A stretch of DNA of 56,863 nucleotides, filler included, from Sphacelaria rigidula (Eukaryota), in the NCBI GenBank assembly GCA_964200075.2. It is 3 parts of 3 records of this genome, joined end to end, with 100 filler letters (N's around TTAATTAATTAA, not from the genome) between each part and the next. Parts side by side here need not be neighbours in the genome. Positions count along the whole stretch, not along the records: positions 37,978 to 56,863 come from CAXNAA020000771.1; 2 more parts are not named here. One strand, written 5' to 3'. The notes beneath the pieces are model-generated. The model did not search any database. It was not told where the DNA came from and was given only the letters and a program-made list of their open reading frames with translations. A program made the position numbers and the translations under genes. Shown here in pieces: positions 38,940 through 50,935 of this stretch; within the stretch, counting starts at the first letter, position 1, and every line of letters starts with the position of its first letter.

Positions 38940-39758
38940 ATCGTCGCAGGTCACCACCCCATGTACAGTGCGGGTCATCACGGCTCCCCTCGAGAGACAG
39001 CACCGCTTCGCTCGGCATTATTGCCTCTGTTCGATAGCTATGGCGTTGACATTTACGCCTGCGGCCATGACCACATCGCGCAGCACGTTTCACCCAATGC
39101 CTTCCCCCAACCGTCGACGGAGAAGAGAGGCTGGCAGCACCCTCACGGCCACGAGCAGCCTAGTAGCGCTGCTTCCCCAACAGACAATCGGGTTTCGATC
39201 GCAGAGCGCAGCACAAATGAGCGATGGTCGATTCATGATGAAGACGGGGTAGATGCGAGCAGTGTTCACGATAGCGGAGGTAATGGCAGCAGTTGGGAAG
39301 AAGGCGAAGTGGCTAAGCTCGGCGACGACACGGTCGGTCGTTTACAGCAACAACACGACGGGCGCGGTTCTTCTTTGCCGGGTAGGGAGGAGAACGACGG
39401 GGAAGTGTATGAAACGAGAAGAACGAAACAGCAATCGACGACAGACCATGTGACGATAGGAACGTCTGGCCCCAAGATCATGCCAGGGGAATATAATTTT
39501 GAGTTCGAACGAGGACAGCGTCAAGGACGCGCAAAAAGTGCCGGCCGTGATCCTGGTATTGGGGGAGATGCGGATGATTGGCTGGGTGGCATGGGAGGGG
39601 CACACGCGGACGAGAAAAATGATTACAGAGGGTACCAGCTGTTGTATGTGACGAAGCGCAGGGCGTTCGGTGTTGTTGAGGCGAGCGAGCATGTGCTCAG
39701 GGTTACTCTTGTGGGTGCCGACGGTGGCGTGCTGTATTCGTTTGATCGAACGCGATAG
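38940..39758 (+). CDS. Terminal exon of a purple / tartrate-resistant (type 5) acid phosphatase, metallophosphoesterase family
   Basis: cccgccag|ATC acceptor. Encodes IVAGHHPMYSAGHHG...LLPLFDSYGVDIYACGHDHIAQH (metal-binding GHH and GHDH motifs), later VTIGTSG and FGVVEASEHVLRVTLVGADGGVLYSF-stop. Upstream exons absent (gap at 37.9 kb). Confidence 0.88.
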   Translation: MVAGHHPMYSAGHHGSPRETAPLRSALLPLFDSYGVDIYACGHDHIAQHVSPNAFPQPSTEKRGWQHPHGHEQPSSAASPTDNRVSIAERSTNERWSIHDEDGVDASSVHDSGGNGSSWEEGEVAKLGDDTVGRLQQQHDGRGSSLPGREENDGEVYETRRTKQQSTTDHVTIGTSGPKIMPGEYNFEFERGQRQGRAKSAGRDPGIGGDADDWLGGMGGAHADEKNDYRGYQLLYVTKRRAFGVVEASEHVLRVTLVGADGGVLYSFDRTR

Positions 39759-40446
39759 ATACACGAACAGCCATGAACTACTGTTGGTATACGTGAGCCC
39801 CATTTATATACTCCTGTAGATACATACATGAAAAAGCTGTAGATATTGGCGCGCGGGGGGAGAGGGGGTAGGTGGATGAAAAATCGGTGGGGGGGTAGGT
39901 AGATGCGTAGATGGCACATGTGCGAAGATTCATCGAGGGGGGGATACGACTAGAGGGAACCTCGCGGTGCGAGAGTGCTTCACGAAGCATTGCAGTATCA
40001 AGAATATGTCGATATCTGGTCAGTCGTCCAAAATATCTCGTGTGTAATAAGAGTTTTCTGTTACTGATGCTTTCCACGATTCGGCATGAGTGTGGTTTCA
40101 GCTCAACACCTTGTCCACCGAAGCCATGTGGCATAGGCCGGCCATTTCTAGTTTGTTTATCGTCCTGTTCTTTTCATTCCTCTTCTTCTCTTCGTCTACT
40201 CTCCTTGTCTGTTTCATTATTCCCTTCCTTTTTCGTTTTTTTTTCACTTTTCTTCAGCGAGTGTCTCAGTTCTGTTTCGATCGGATCATCTGAATTCCCC
40301 AAAATTGTTTCTTCATCCAGGATCCCAACATTTCGCGTGTTTGGATCAAAATTTGTATGGTGTTTGTCACGGTCATTTTAATTCACACAACCTCGGTTGT
40401 CATTTTTTCTTCCATTGTGACGTGGCCTGAATATTGTGTGTCGAAC

Positions 40447-41190
40447 GTGTGTGGTGTGTGTCTGTGTTGCCATCCCATCTATTCTGGACGCCTGTTTACA
40501 CCCTTCGGTATATGTTGGCCCATCAGCCGGTATCACACAGGAAGAAGACCAACACAGGAGTTTTTCTTTTGATTTTGTTTCAGCACTCTATCTCACTTCT
40601 TCTGCTGGCCTTGCCTTATTTTTATCGCGAGGGGGGTGGTTCAGCAGTCCCCATCCCTCGTTGACCGTGAAGACGAACTTTCGTGTATCTCACGACATAG
40701 ATCGCCAATCTTCCCTGTTGGGCATTGTGTGTGTGTGTGTTGACATCCCATCTATTCTGGACGCCGGTTTACACCTTTCGGTGTATGTGGGCGCACCAGC
40801 CGGGGTCACACAAGAGGAAGGTCAACACAGAACTTCTTTGTCTTTTTTTTTGTTCTAAATAGTTCCCCCTACCTTTCTTCTGCGGTGCTCGCCTTTATTT
40901 TTATCGCGAGAGGGGTTCAGCAGTGCCGTTCTCTCGTCGACCATTAAGTCGAATTTTGTTGTGTACCCACGACATGGTCGCACTCCATTATTGGATATAT
41001 GAAAAAATCCGCATCGCTCCGAGATTCGACCCGCGATCCAACCGGTCAGAAGGTGTCGAAGTCACTAACTGAGCCACCGGGGCATTGTGTGAGGAAAAAT
41101 CCCGGATCGTGTGACTGCACTGAGATTCCAATCTACAATCTACGACCCAAACGTCAGAGGGTTCATAAGTTACCAACTGAGATCGGGGTG
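40447..41190 (-). mobile_element. Nested SINE pair: host copy (40447-40731 + 41080-41190) interrupted by an inserted copy (~40732-41082)
   Basis: Removing the inner copy restores the consensus junction CTGTTGGGCATTGTGTGAGGAAAAATCCC. GGGCATTGTGTG is duplicated at 40720-40731 and 41080-41091. Confidence 0.85.
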
Positions 41191-41893
41191 TTGAATGCGT
41201 ATAGGAAAACGCTACGCCCGTGATTTGATCGTACCGCTTTGGAAAGAACAAGTACGTACGAGATATTGTGCATCGATGTATCATTACTACGGTTCATACT
41301 CATTCGAGGGAATAAACCTGTCGAAGGGGAATCCAGGCGAGCTCGTTGTTTGACCCAAGTTTGACCCCGTCGGTCAGTGTTTTTGCGGACTATTATACCC
41401 ATGTAACATTTTCTTTTCATCATCACGGGACTACGAAGAAGTCGCAGCGGTGGGGCACACTGGAGGAGTGCATACCGCAAAGCGTTTTGTTACGGCAGGT
41501 CGACAAAACTCAGTTAGCTAGCCTACTAGTGGTTGAATGTCCTTGCGCTGCTGCGCTACACGAGCTGCGCCAGCTGACTGACTTGCAAATGTATCCGGGC
41601 CGAACGGTGGGTAATCCGAAGCGTTGGGCGCTCAATTTTGAAACAACATGTCCACCATTCTTAAATGCACAACCTTCCCGGGGATCCCAAGAAAAAACGA
41701 GCAGAAAGTCGCAGAGCGATTGGATTTCGTTCGACTGAAAAAATGTACAAGTCCAGGAGTATAAGAGAAATGGAGGGGCATCCCCCGCTCCTTTCATACA
41801 AGTGACGCAGTTGACTCCAGTTATGGTGGTCACGAGTTCGGATCCAGACATATTCTTCTTTAGTATCCCATCGGTTAGGTGGTACACTACCCA

Positions 41894-42234
41894 TGTGTGT
41901 TGTTATCGTCCCATTTGTTCTGGGCACCAGTCTACCCCTTTCGGTGTTTGTGGGCGCATCAGCTGGGGTCATGCAGGAGCTCCTTCTTGTTTATTCGTTT
42001 TTAATACCCCACCTTTCTTGTGAGGTGGTTGCCTTTTTGTTATAATCGCGAGAGAGGTTCGGCAGACTCTTCTCCTCGTCAACCGTCAGGGCGAACTTCG
42101 TCTACCCACCACACAACCCCTCTCCACAGTTGGGCATGATGCGGAAAAAATTGCAGACAGCTCGGCGAATCGAACCCTGCTACTCGACCTTCAGAAGGGT
42201 GCGAGGTTACCAGCTGAAGCTGAGCCATTTGGGC
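41894..42234 (-). mobile_element. Diverged copy of the same tRNA-derived SINE
   Basis: Shares TGTGGGCGCA.CAGC.GGGGTCA, ATCGCGAGAG.GGTTC and the head with B box GGTTCGATTC on the minus strand. Confidence 0.8.
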
Positions 42235-43313
42235 TAGTAGGAGCATGCAGTAAACTCTCCCCCTCTTATTTCAACAAGTGACGGTCCCGTGCGTCACCAA
42301 GTTCGTCATAGTGACGACCACATGCGAAACATCATTGGCCGATTTCCAAAATGAGGAAACCGTTCAGCGATCACCCGGAAGTAACACTTACCGTTCCCCA
42401 CCGGAGACGATAGCAGGCCCATCAACACACCAGGTTGTAGCGTCAACGGCAGCAAGGAGGTTGCGTTTTCAAGATGCTTCATAAGAGTTCAACGTGCACG
42501 AAAAGATATGAAATTGGGGACATTCTTCTTTGCTTTGGAAAGCCCTTGAAGGTCGAAGAATTCACGTCCCTTGAATCACAGCCGTTGAGTAATAGAAATA
42601 CGCGAAAAACACCATTTTACCTTAAATCTGCATGGAGCTCAGGTACGAACAACCTGAATTTTTCACCAGTATGCTGTCGTACAAGACTCGACATAATGAA
42701 TTATGCCATGACCTGGTTACAGGTTCAAAGGTCGAAATCGAATGAGGTGACTGCAGCCATCGGGGCAACCACCGCTCTTATTTCTTTCCTCCAGAAATCG
42801 TCCGTAGCTCGAAAAATGCCACTTTCAGGAGCATTAATATCAGAAAGTAGGGTATATCACGTGTTGAAAGAAAGTGGAGTGTCATTTTTACGACGGTGAT
42901 GCCGCATAAACGACTGCACGAGATTCATTCGATGAAAAGGCAGTCGCAGCGGCTCTCATCGAAACCGAAACCCAACTCTCCTTCGTTGGTGGGAAACAAA
43001 TCAAAGTTAAGCATTTGGCGGAATCCCGATTATAACAAGTCCACTCCGTCTGCTTGCTAAATAAACAGGGGAAGACCACACTCAAACCAGGTATATCGCA
43101 CGTGCGGACCAACGCCCAGAATTCTCCGGGGCTAAAAAGCGTCATGTACCATATCACCATATACCCCCGAGTGAACCTCGACCCAATCGACCGTATATTT
43201 CCCCTCGCCAAGAAGTCCTCCATCCCCGTCTGCCACTCGACAGAAAGCTAAGACTCGTCGACTGCTAATAAAACGAAGAGACGAACGCGTACGTAAATTC
43301 AGTCATTTCCTGC

Positions 43314-46153
43314 TTAGTTGAACTTGTACGGCAACTGCAACAGGTCGTTGATGATGTAGGGCTGGTTGGAGATCTCCTCGTGGATCATCATGGCCAGGAT
43401 GCCCATCTGTGCCGCGCGTCCGTTGTTCAACTCGATCGCGCGCTTCGACAGCTTCGTCTCCTCCGACATCGCGTCCCACTGTGCCGCGAAGGGGTTACCC
43501 CCGAGCGTGAAGTCTCCCGGGAACGAGCCTTCCACGTTCTTCATCACGTTGAGCTCCAAGAAGCCGATAAATCCAACAATCTGCGCAAGTCCCAGGGGAG
43601 GGATCTTGGAAATTGCCGCCACACCGTTCGGCATGTCGGCGAATGTGAGGTCCGCGTCGAGGGACAGGTAACCCGGGAGCCGGTAGTTTTGCTGCACGAG
43701 GTGGCCCGCGACGGCAAGCATAGCGATACGACCGTGCTTCACCTCGACGTATCGGAGGCGGTCGAACCGCTCCTGATCCTGGTCAATCATGAGACCAAGG
43801 GGGTCGTAGTAGCCGAGGGGGGGCTGGGCGCCCAGCTGGTTCTCGAACGACATCTTCATGGCCGTGTCAGCCTTCGCAGATCGGGAAAGAGCAGCACCAT
43901 TGAAGGCGCTGTGGTCGGAGAATGATGGGCAAACATGATTACAGGTCGGAGGGGCAAGATTGAGGAGGGGTCAGATAGTGAGTCAACCGTGTCAATTCAC
44001 GAGGTTCGGTAAGGTCCGTTTAGTGTCTGGCTACCCATGATATCCCCGAGGAGAATACGAATATGTAGCTGTAGGCACGCGTCGATGTTAGGAAAAGCGC
44101 CTACGAAATGAATAACTGGTAAAGCTGGATCGAATAATGAGACTCGCCCCGTCAACCTTCTGCTTTTCAGTCTCACGAAAACGTTGTCGACTGTAGACAC
44201 AACAATAACCCGCCATTTCGAAAAAAGATTGGTGGACAAACAAAAGGAGTAAGGACCACCCTCAAGAAGGTAGCTACAAATTTGAATCCAACACTTGGCG
44301 TCTGAGAGAACGAGGCGCTGTTTGGTGCGGCCGGGTCCAACCAACCACTCTTCTCTCGTGGGCGTCGTTCCCTCAGATCTATTTCGAACGCCCGAGAAAT
44401 TGAGGTCGGCATGGGGTGACTTGCAGCACTAGATACAGGGATGACTGCAGGCACACGGTGTTCTGCACTCCGGTTTGATGCTTGACGACGCTGGAAAAGC
44501 CGGTTGACATGCCATCGATCATGATCCAACTTCACATACTATGTCACGTTACATTCGAGGATTTCAAGCTGTTGATGAGCCTAGCATGACAAGTAGTCCT
44601 CGGGCGTTTGGAAGACGCAGTCTACCGCAGATGGTAGCAAAAGTGTTAGGCATGCTGTCGGGAAGGCCCGAAGCAGATGCTATTCAAGGCATTACTCGCA
44701 TCAATTTCAATTGCAAATCGGGGTTACCCGAGAAAAAAATGATAGGGTATTCGACTTCCTTCCCCGTCTTCGGGGGGTTCCCGTGCATGTCAAATATGAA
44801 ACTATGTCGCCAATAAGGTGAAGGCGTTCGATCATGTTGAAACCGTCATCTGCTTCACGGATGCTGTTCGAACGTGACATGAGCGTTTCACTCGAGAGGA
44901 TGAGATGTTCCGTGGCACTTCCGCGTAGTTTGCTCTGCTTCCAACAATACCGGACATCCCTGCTTGTTGTCTGTTTGCCGAGTACCGTTCGCGCATTACC
45001 CACTAGCGACACACGGCTGTTTAAAACAGGAAAAGGGTGTTTTCCACGTCCACATGTCATGCAGTGGACACTGGCACTAGTCACAGCACAGTGTAGCGAA
45101 GACAATCGGGAAATGAAATCATGAACAGGTGCAAAACATACATGTTCCAGACAAAAACACCGCTCGCTGAAGGGATGGCACAATCGTCGAAAACACGCCA
45201 TCCGCGAACCAGGAGATGGATCGGGGTTACGTCAAGCCTTCAATTTCATCATGCCCGGACTACTGCACCCACGAGGGGCGTTACATTCAGCGACCTCAAA
45301 GTAGCTTCGCTGACGCATGATCGGTGAGCGAAACATGTGTAACTTCCGACCGCTCGACATAATCGATTCATTGCGCAATTTTGAAAGTGAGAGCGTCGAC
45401 TCAAATCAACCGGGATGCTCAACGAAGAGGATACCAACCCTCACGTATGGCAGACAACGTACACGACGGAGCCCGTAAACCGCACTTCGAATGTTGTACA
45501 CCTCACTACATGAGAAGTCCATGGGGCGGGAGCATCAGAGAGACGATTCCATCAATCCGAGAGAAAAAAACACCGCCTGACTTCGGATGGAGCTTGTGCT
45601 CCAAACGAACATGAGGTTCAGTTGACCTGTACATCGTACATCGTGACCAAGGGAAAACCAAATAATGCCTAGAGATTACCGCAGGAGAATCCATTTACAG
45701 CCGATGACAACAGACCGCTCGCCAACGCAATGGGGCCGCTGAGGGCATCACGTCAACGTCGAGACACCGTCTTGCGAGGTTTCACCACTAAAACGAGGAA
45801 GCGGTTCACGGGTGTGAAGAACTCCCATCGTCAAGAAATCGTCTGCTAGAAACCTTGAACAACGGGGTAACCTGAACTAGCCCCTACATCCACGCTGGAC
45901 AGCACCCGTCGACATCTGTTCCAAGGTGATCCAGGCAGTGGAGGTCCGTTGCTCTGAAAAAGGTCGAGGTCAACAGCTGGTGTCTACCGGGCGGGCACAG
46001 GCTGCTCACACACCTCCTTTAGGTGCGTGTTCGAGTAAGTCACACATGCGCGCACGGACGCACACAGTACACACATAGGTGCTTCACTAACCTGGGGGTC
46101 ACGAAGGCCTGGGCACCAGCGGCGCAAGCGACAGCCATCACAGCGGACTTCAT
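43314..46153 (-). CDS. lhcf: Fucoxanthin-chlorophyll a/c binding protein (LHCF), 2 exons, 218 aa precursor
   Basis: Exon 1 46092-46153 (MKSAVMAVACAAGAQAFVTP, signal peptide ending in an ASAFAP-type AQAF site, AG|gttagt). Exon 2 43314-43908 (cag|C GCC TTC). Motifs DPLG, RLRYVEVKHGRIAMLA, ELNNGRAAQMG. Confidence 0.97.
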
Positions 46154-46642
46154 TATTCTCTTTCCTTTAGCGATGGCTTGACTACTACGATGGTGGCGAC
46201 TGTAATGTGAATGAACAGTGACGAACTGACTGTACGGGCAAGAGACGCAACGAAACCCTCTACAACAGCACCTCTCCACTCTTCTTCTCTAGAAAGTAGA
46301 GAAACACGTCGATCAATTTTAATTAGTTTTGCACGTTTTGGACACAGTCTTTCGTGGCACTCGTTGCCCTAGATCTTCAACATGCACGATTCCGCGCGCA
46401 TACTACCGACGAAAATAACTACATCACAAAACTCTAGTAATTTTCAGATGACGCGTCGTCGGTAGTAGTGAAACGGTCAGTTTCGCGCGCAGAAGGGACT
46501 ATATATGCACGAGAGACTACCCGCGATCTTTTGAGATGATTTTCAGACAAAGCGTAGCCGCTCTCCCCTGCTGTCTCACAAGTTTATCTCGGCATCAACT
46601 CAGCTTAGATATCTTTCCTCCGATCACATCTACCTTACAACA
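46154..46642. promoter_or_regulatory. Putative bidirectional promoter between the divergent LHCF genes
   Basis: 489 bp between the two ATGs. TATA-like CTATATATG at ~46499-46507. 12-bp dyad TACTACCGACGA / TCGTCGGTAGTA at 46401-46412 and 46456-46467. Confidence 0.7.
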
Positions 46643-48652
46643 ATGAAGTCCGCTGTAATGGCTGTCGCGTGCGCCGCTGGTGCCCAGGCCTTCGTGGCTC
46701 CCAGGTTTGTGCCAGTGTTACGGTCGTGTGTCTTCGTTTGTCCGTGACCGAGGCTACTTCGCTGTGCTGTATCGTCATGAATGTTGGTGCCTCTTTGGAT
46801 CCGGTTACGGTCGAATTCACAAGTGTTCGGAGTGTGCATGTTATTGGTACGCTGGCGCGAGTCAAACGTGCCCACCAAGCAGTCTCCACAGATGAACGAG
46901 ATTGTTTAGATTTACACATGTGTTGTACTACTCGAGTGAAGAATGAAATTGTTGAGCGATAACTATTGTCACCGCTGCTGGGTGTGTGCCTGTGAGTCAC
47001 GGTACCATCGACCAATGGAGATCGGATTTTGGATTGCGAATGTTACATGAGCGATGAGTGCAACGTACTACAGTACGTGTTTGCGCCACTGGAGCAGTAG
47101 TCGGAACTCGAGTCCGTGCAAACCACACCCGGGAGTTTCCCGTCTGTACAAACACCTACCGCGTCCACGAGAGGAATTTATCATGGCGTACTCGCGTCGT
47201 ATACTGTATGTACATGGCTTGCGTTGTAGGTTCCTATGTTTCGTGTGCCTCGGACGATGTGCCTGTATGTGCAGTCAAAATCAGCGCAAACGGCGGCCGG
47301 TTGTAGAAATCATGTGTAAAAGCTCGTCAAGGGAAAATAGACCAGCCTGGGCACGCTAGCCCGAGGCCACGCGCCGCATATCCACAGTAGGTTGCAGGTG
47401 CAGTGTCTACATACTCGAATGCTTCGTCAGCTTGGGCGATGTGCAAGCGTGGACACAGTCATGGTCGGTTTGAGTCTCTAATCTCGAAATGGCACCCGGC
47501 CTCAGAGAACTTCTCCTTCCACGGCGCGCGACATGTCGACGTGTTCCGATTTGGCGATTCGAAGTATTTGTGAGACGCGTGGGTCAGTCCACCGTCGAGT
47601 CTACTTGCGTTGATTGGCGACGCCCGCATCAGACGTATCTCGTACCTACTGTAGCATCCATAACTTTTGCTGTACAGTACAAGAATATATTAGCGTGTTC
47701 GTTTATGCAACGATGTGCCCGAGGGTATCCACCATGTGCAACTTGCGGTACAGAACTAGAATCTATCACAAAACATCACAGATTTGATTGAAGAAGTTGA
47801 AGGTCGCACCGCATGTTTCAAATCGTGTCAAGATTGCTGAAATTTCCCCGCGTCTCACAATCTTGTTTGCATGGTATGGGTGAACGACTGGGTGCGAGAT
47901 GCGGTGTGTTGGATATCCAGGCTCAGCAGACACCTCGCGAAACACTGTTGAACCTGCAAAGATGGATATCTTGGTGCCGGCCGACAGGGTGCCTTGATGC
48001 CGAAATGGTAACGCATCATTTTCCCCGCTTCTCAATTTTCGTCGCACGACTCTATTCGAACAGCGCCTTCAACGGTGCCGCTGTGACCCAGTCCGCCAGG
48101 ACTTCATCGTCGATGAAGATGGCGTTCGAATCCGAGATCGGCGCGCAGCCCCCTCTCGGGTTCTGGGACCCGCTCGGCCTCTTGGCCGACGCCGACCAGG
48201 AGCGATTCGACCGCCTTCGGTACGTCGAGGTGAAGCACGGCCGCATTGCTATGCTCGCGATCGCCGGTCACTTGACCCAGCAGAACACCCGACTGCCGGG
48301 CATGCTGTCCACCTCCGCGGGTATTTCGTTCGCCGACATGCCCAACGGTGTGGCGGCTCTGTCCAAGATCCCGCCGGCGGGTCTTGCCCAGATCGTGGCG
48401 TTCATCGGCTTCTTGGAGCTGGCCGTGATGAAGAACGTGGAGGGCTCCTTCCCGGGTGACTTCACCCTCGCCGGCACCCCGGACGCGTGGACTTCGATGT
48501 CCGAGGAGACCCAGGCCTCCAAGCGTGCGATCGAGTTGAACAACGGACGCGCGGCACAGATGGGCATCCTTGCCATGATGGTCCACGAGGAGCTGTCCAA
48601 CCAGCCCTACATCATCAACGACCTCGTGGGCGCGTCGTACACCTTCAACTGA
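46643..48652 (+). CDS. lhcf: Fucoxanthin-chlorophyll a/c binding protein (LHCF), 2 exons, 216 aa precursor
   Basis: Exon 1 46643-46704 (MKSAVMAVACAAGAQAFVAP, AG|gtttgt). Exon 2 48064-48652 (aacag|C GCC TTC). Motifs GFWDPLG, RLRYVEVKHGRIAMLA, ELNNGRAAQMG. Confidence 0.97.
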
Positions 48653-49369
48653 GTGTTCAAATAGATTTGGTTCCCGCCGCCTACCCCTTGAGTGTTTTCT
48701 TGCGTTGATGCAAGTTTTGTCGGCTTTGATCGTGCAAAATGCGACTGATGCATGGCGCCTCAAGTTTAGTTGAGCGAGACATTTAGGTTTCGATGTGCAG
48801 CAGGCGTTTTTTGGTGCCAGGGCGTGTGCATCTCATTTTGCTCGGCACAGGGTTTCGTCTCATGGCCGTTTAAGGTGCAAGGATTTCATGCGAGGTTTGT
48901 GCTTGTGCCACTGCTGGTGTCACGCCGTGTCATCGGAGTTTTGGTTAGTGACGGTTAATTTGTAATTAGCGTTGTGACAAATGTGAGCTTTCGAGGGTAG
49001 ACGAAACGTCGTAAAAGAAGAAACAAAAAAGGATTGATTCCACCAACCCTCTCGATTTTCTGCTTGGTGTTCGAGTAGCGGAAGTTGACCTCTGATGCCT
49101 CGAGGGTGACCTCGGTACGTGCCTTCAGAGCGTTGATGCCGCACATCTCCCCTGCTGGGTTGAGATGGTGTGCTGCCGTGTTTCATTTTGGAGGCCCTTG
49201 ACATGTCCCAAATAATGTTTGACATCAACAAACGGTTCATACTTGCTGCGCTCGACTCATCGCGAGTTGGTTGGGATATGTGACGAGTGACAGGGCCATG
49301 CCACAGGCTGGTTCAGGCATATCACTAAAGAAACACTCATCAGCAAAACCTCACGCCGTTTCAAGGAGT

Positions 49370-49965
49370 TGGGCCGGATGTTGAGGCAACAGATGTTCGG
49401 CCCCAGATCTTCAGAGTTTGAAATAATCGTGACTCCCATGTTACGGGTATGGATTATTCGAAGTTTTGGGTGGAATAATCCGCGGCTAAGATTCGTGGGT
49501 CGGCAAGCACGGATTTTTGTTCAGCGGCCAATCTCGACACGTCGGAGCCAAGCGAATCTGAAAAGCAGACTAGGTTTTCTGTGGGGTGATTCAATCTGTC
49601 CACGACGTGTGTTGGCGGTTCTCTTGGTTTGGGAGTCAAGAGGTGTGTCAAACCTCCCAAAAGCGAACAATCTCTGAGCCAAACATCTATTAGCCCCAAG
49701 GTCGGATGTCATCACACAGATGTTTGGCCCACGGATTGTTCACTTTTGCGACGTTTGATCTCCTTTTTGACCCCCCAACCAGGGGAAATCGCCAACACAC
49801 GTCTCCGACACTTTGCATCACCCCACAGAGAGGAGTAATGCAAAGTGTCCGAGACGTGTGCTGGCAATTTTTGATTTTTCTTTTTTAGGGGTCGAAAAGT
49901 GATTCAAACGCTTAAAAAGTGAACAATCCGTGGGCCAAAAATCTGCGTGTCATGACATCCGGCCT
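49370..49965. repeat. Array of a ~110-125-bp unit in alternating orientation; long hairpin 49699-49965
   Basis: 49699-49822 pairs with 49832-49965 (TTTGGCCCACGGATTGTTCACTTTT / AAAAGTGAACAATCCGTGGGCCAAA). 49580-49688 is a further inverted copy of 49718-49828. A more decayed start lies at ~49370-49440. Confidence 0.85.
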
Positions 49966-49975
49966 AATATTAAAT

Positions 49976-50935
49976 CCTGAAATTTTGCACAGATATTCTA
50001 TGGGGCATTACGCAACTTTCGAAGATCAAGGTTCTTCGACTTCTTGACTTTTCCCACCGTTTTTCGGGGGTCCCAGTTTCCCAGGAAATACCGATCCAAT
50101 CGGACCCCCGTGAAACGGTAAAGAAGAAAAATATCAAGAAACCTCGTTCATCCAAAGTTGCGTAATGACCCATGGCACCGCTGTGCAAAATTTCAGGGTC
50201 TTTCGCTTTTGTGCGGAGTGCTTCGACGTGCCACGGTGAAACCGCAAACTACTTTATTCTAATACAAAAACGGCGTTTATGGGCCTTCTTTGACGTGAAC
50301 ATGAAAATTAAAGCATCAGCTGATCGAGTTTAACGACAAAAAATTGTGGGACCCTTCCTCGGGTCATGCGCGGACAGCTTGCTCACGAATATATGAAAAA
50401 CATATCGTCGTCGTGCTGATTTTCCTGGGTCGCACAATGGAGACTACTTCGAGAAACGACTTGGACCCCCGTCGGACCCCCGAAAAACGGTGAAAAACTC
50501 AAGAAGTGAAAAAATATTATCCATAGAAAGTTTCGTTGTGATACATGGCATATTTTTGCCTAGTTTCAGAATCTAAACTCCCCACAACGGCGTGAAAGTT
50601 TGTGCGTTTGTGGAGGACATGGGCTTAAAACTTGCAACTCCTAACTACTTGGTTTTAGTATGGAAACGTCTTTTGAGGTGAGCTTCACGTCAAGGCAAGA
50701 AAAACTGGATGAGGTTTTCGACTTTCTTCACCAAACTTTGTACATGTGTTCCTTGGACTATCCCGGAACGCAACATTATATTATTTTTCTTCAAGGGTAT
50801 TCCGTACCGCCTTCCGAGGGTCTTCATACTGGGACCCTCGGAAGCCAGTAGAGAATGGAGAAACCATGAAATATTGTCAAAAACACAATTTTTCTATTTG
50901 GAGCATAAATACCTACGGAACTGCCAAGTTTGAGG
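49976..50935. repeat. Second foldback unit: hairpin 49976-50197 plus decayed downstream copies
   Basis: Perfect 17-bp outer arms CCTGAAATTTTGCACAG (49976-49992 / 50181-50197), ~95-bp imperfect arms. Related GGACCCCCGAAAAACGGT unit at ~50474 and a weaker one at ~50831. Confidence 0.75.

Noticed and set aside
43380..43925. Long antisense ORFs over both LHCF genes (also 48104-48763)
   Set aside because: Expected shadow ORFs from strong GC3 codon bias in highly expressed genes.
47813..48063. N-terminal extension of the 279-aa LHCF ORF
   Set aside because: Intronic; the true N-terminus is exon 46643-46704 spliced at 48064.
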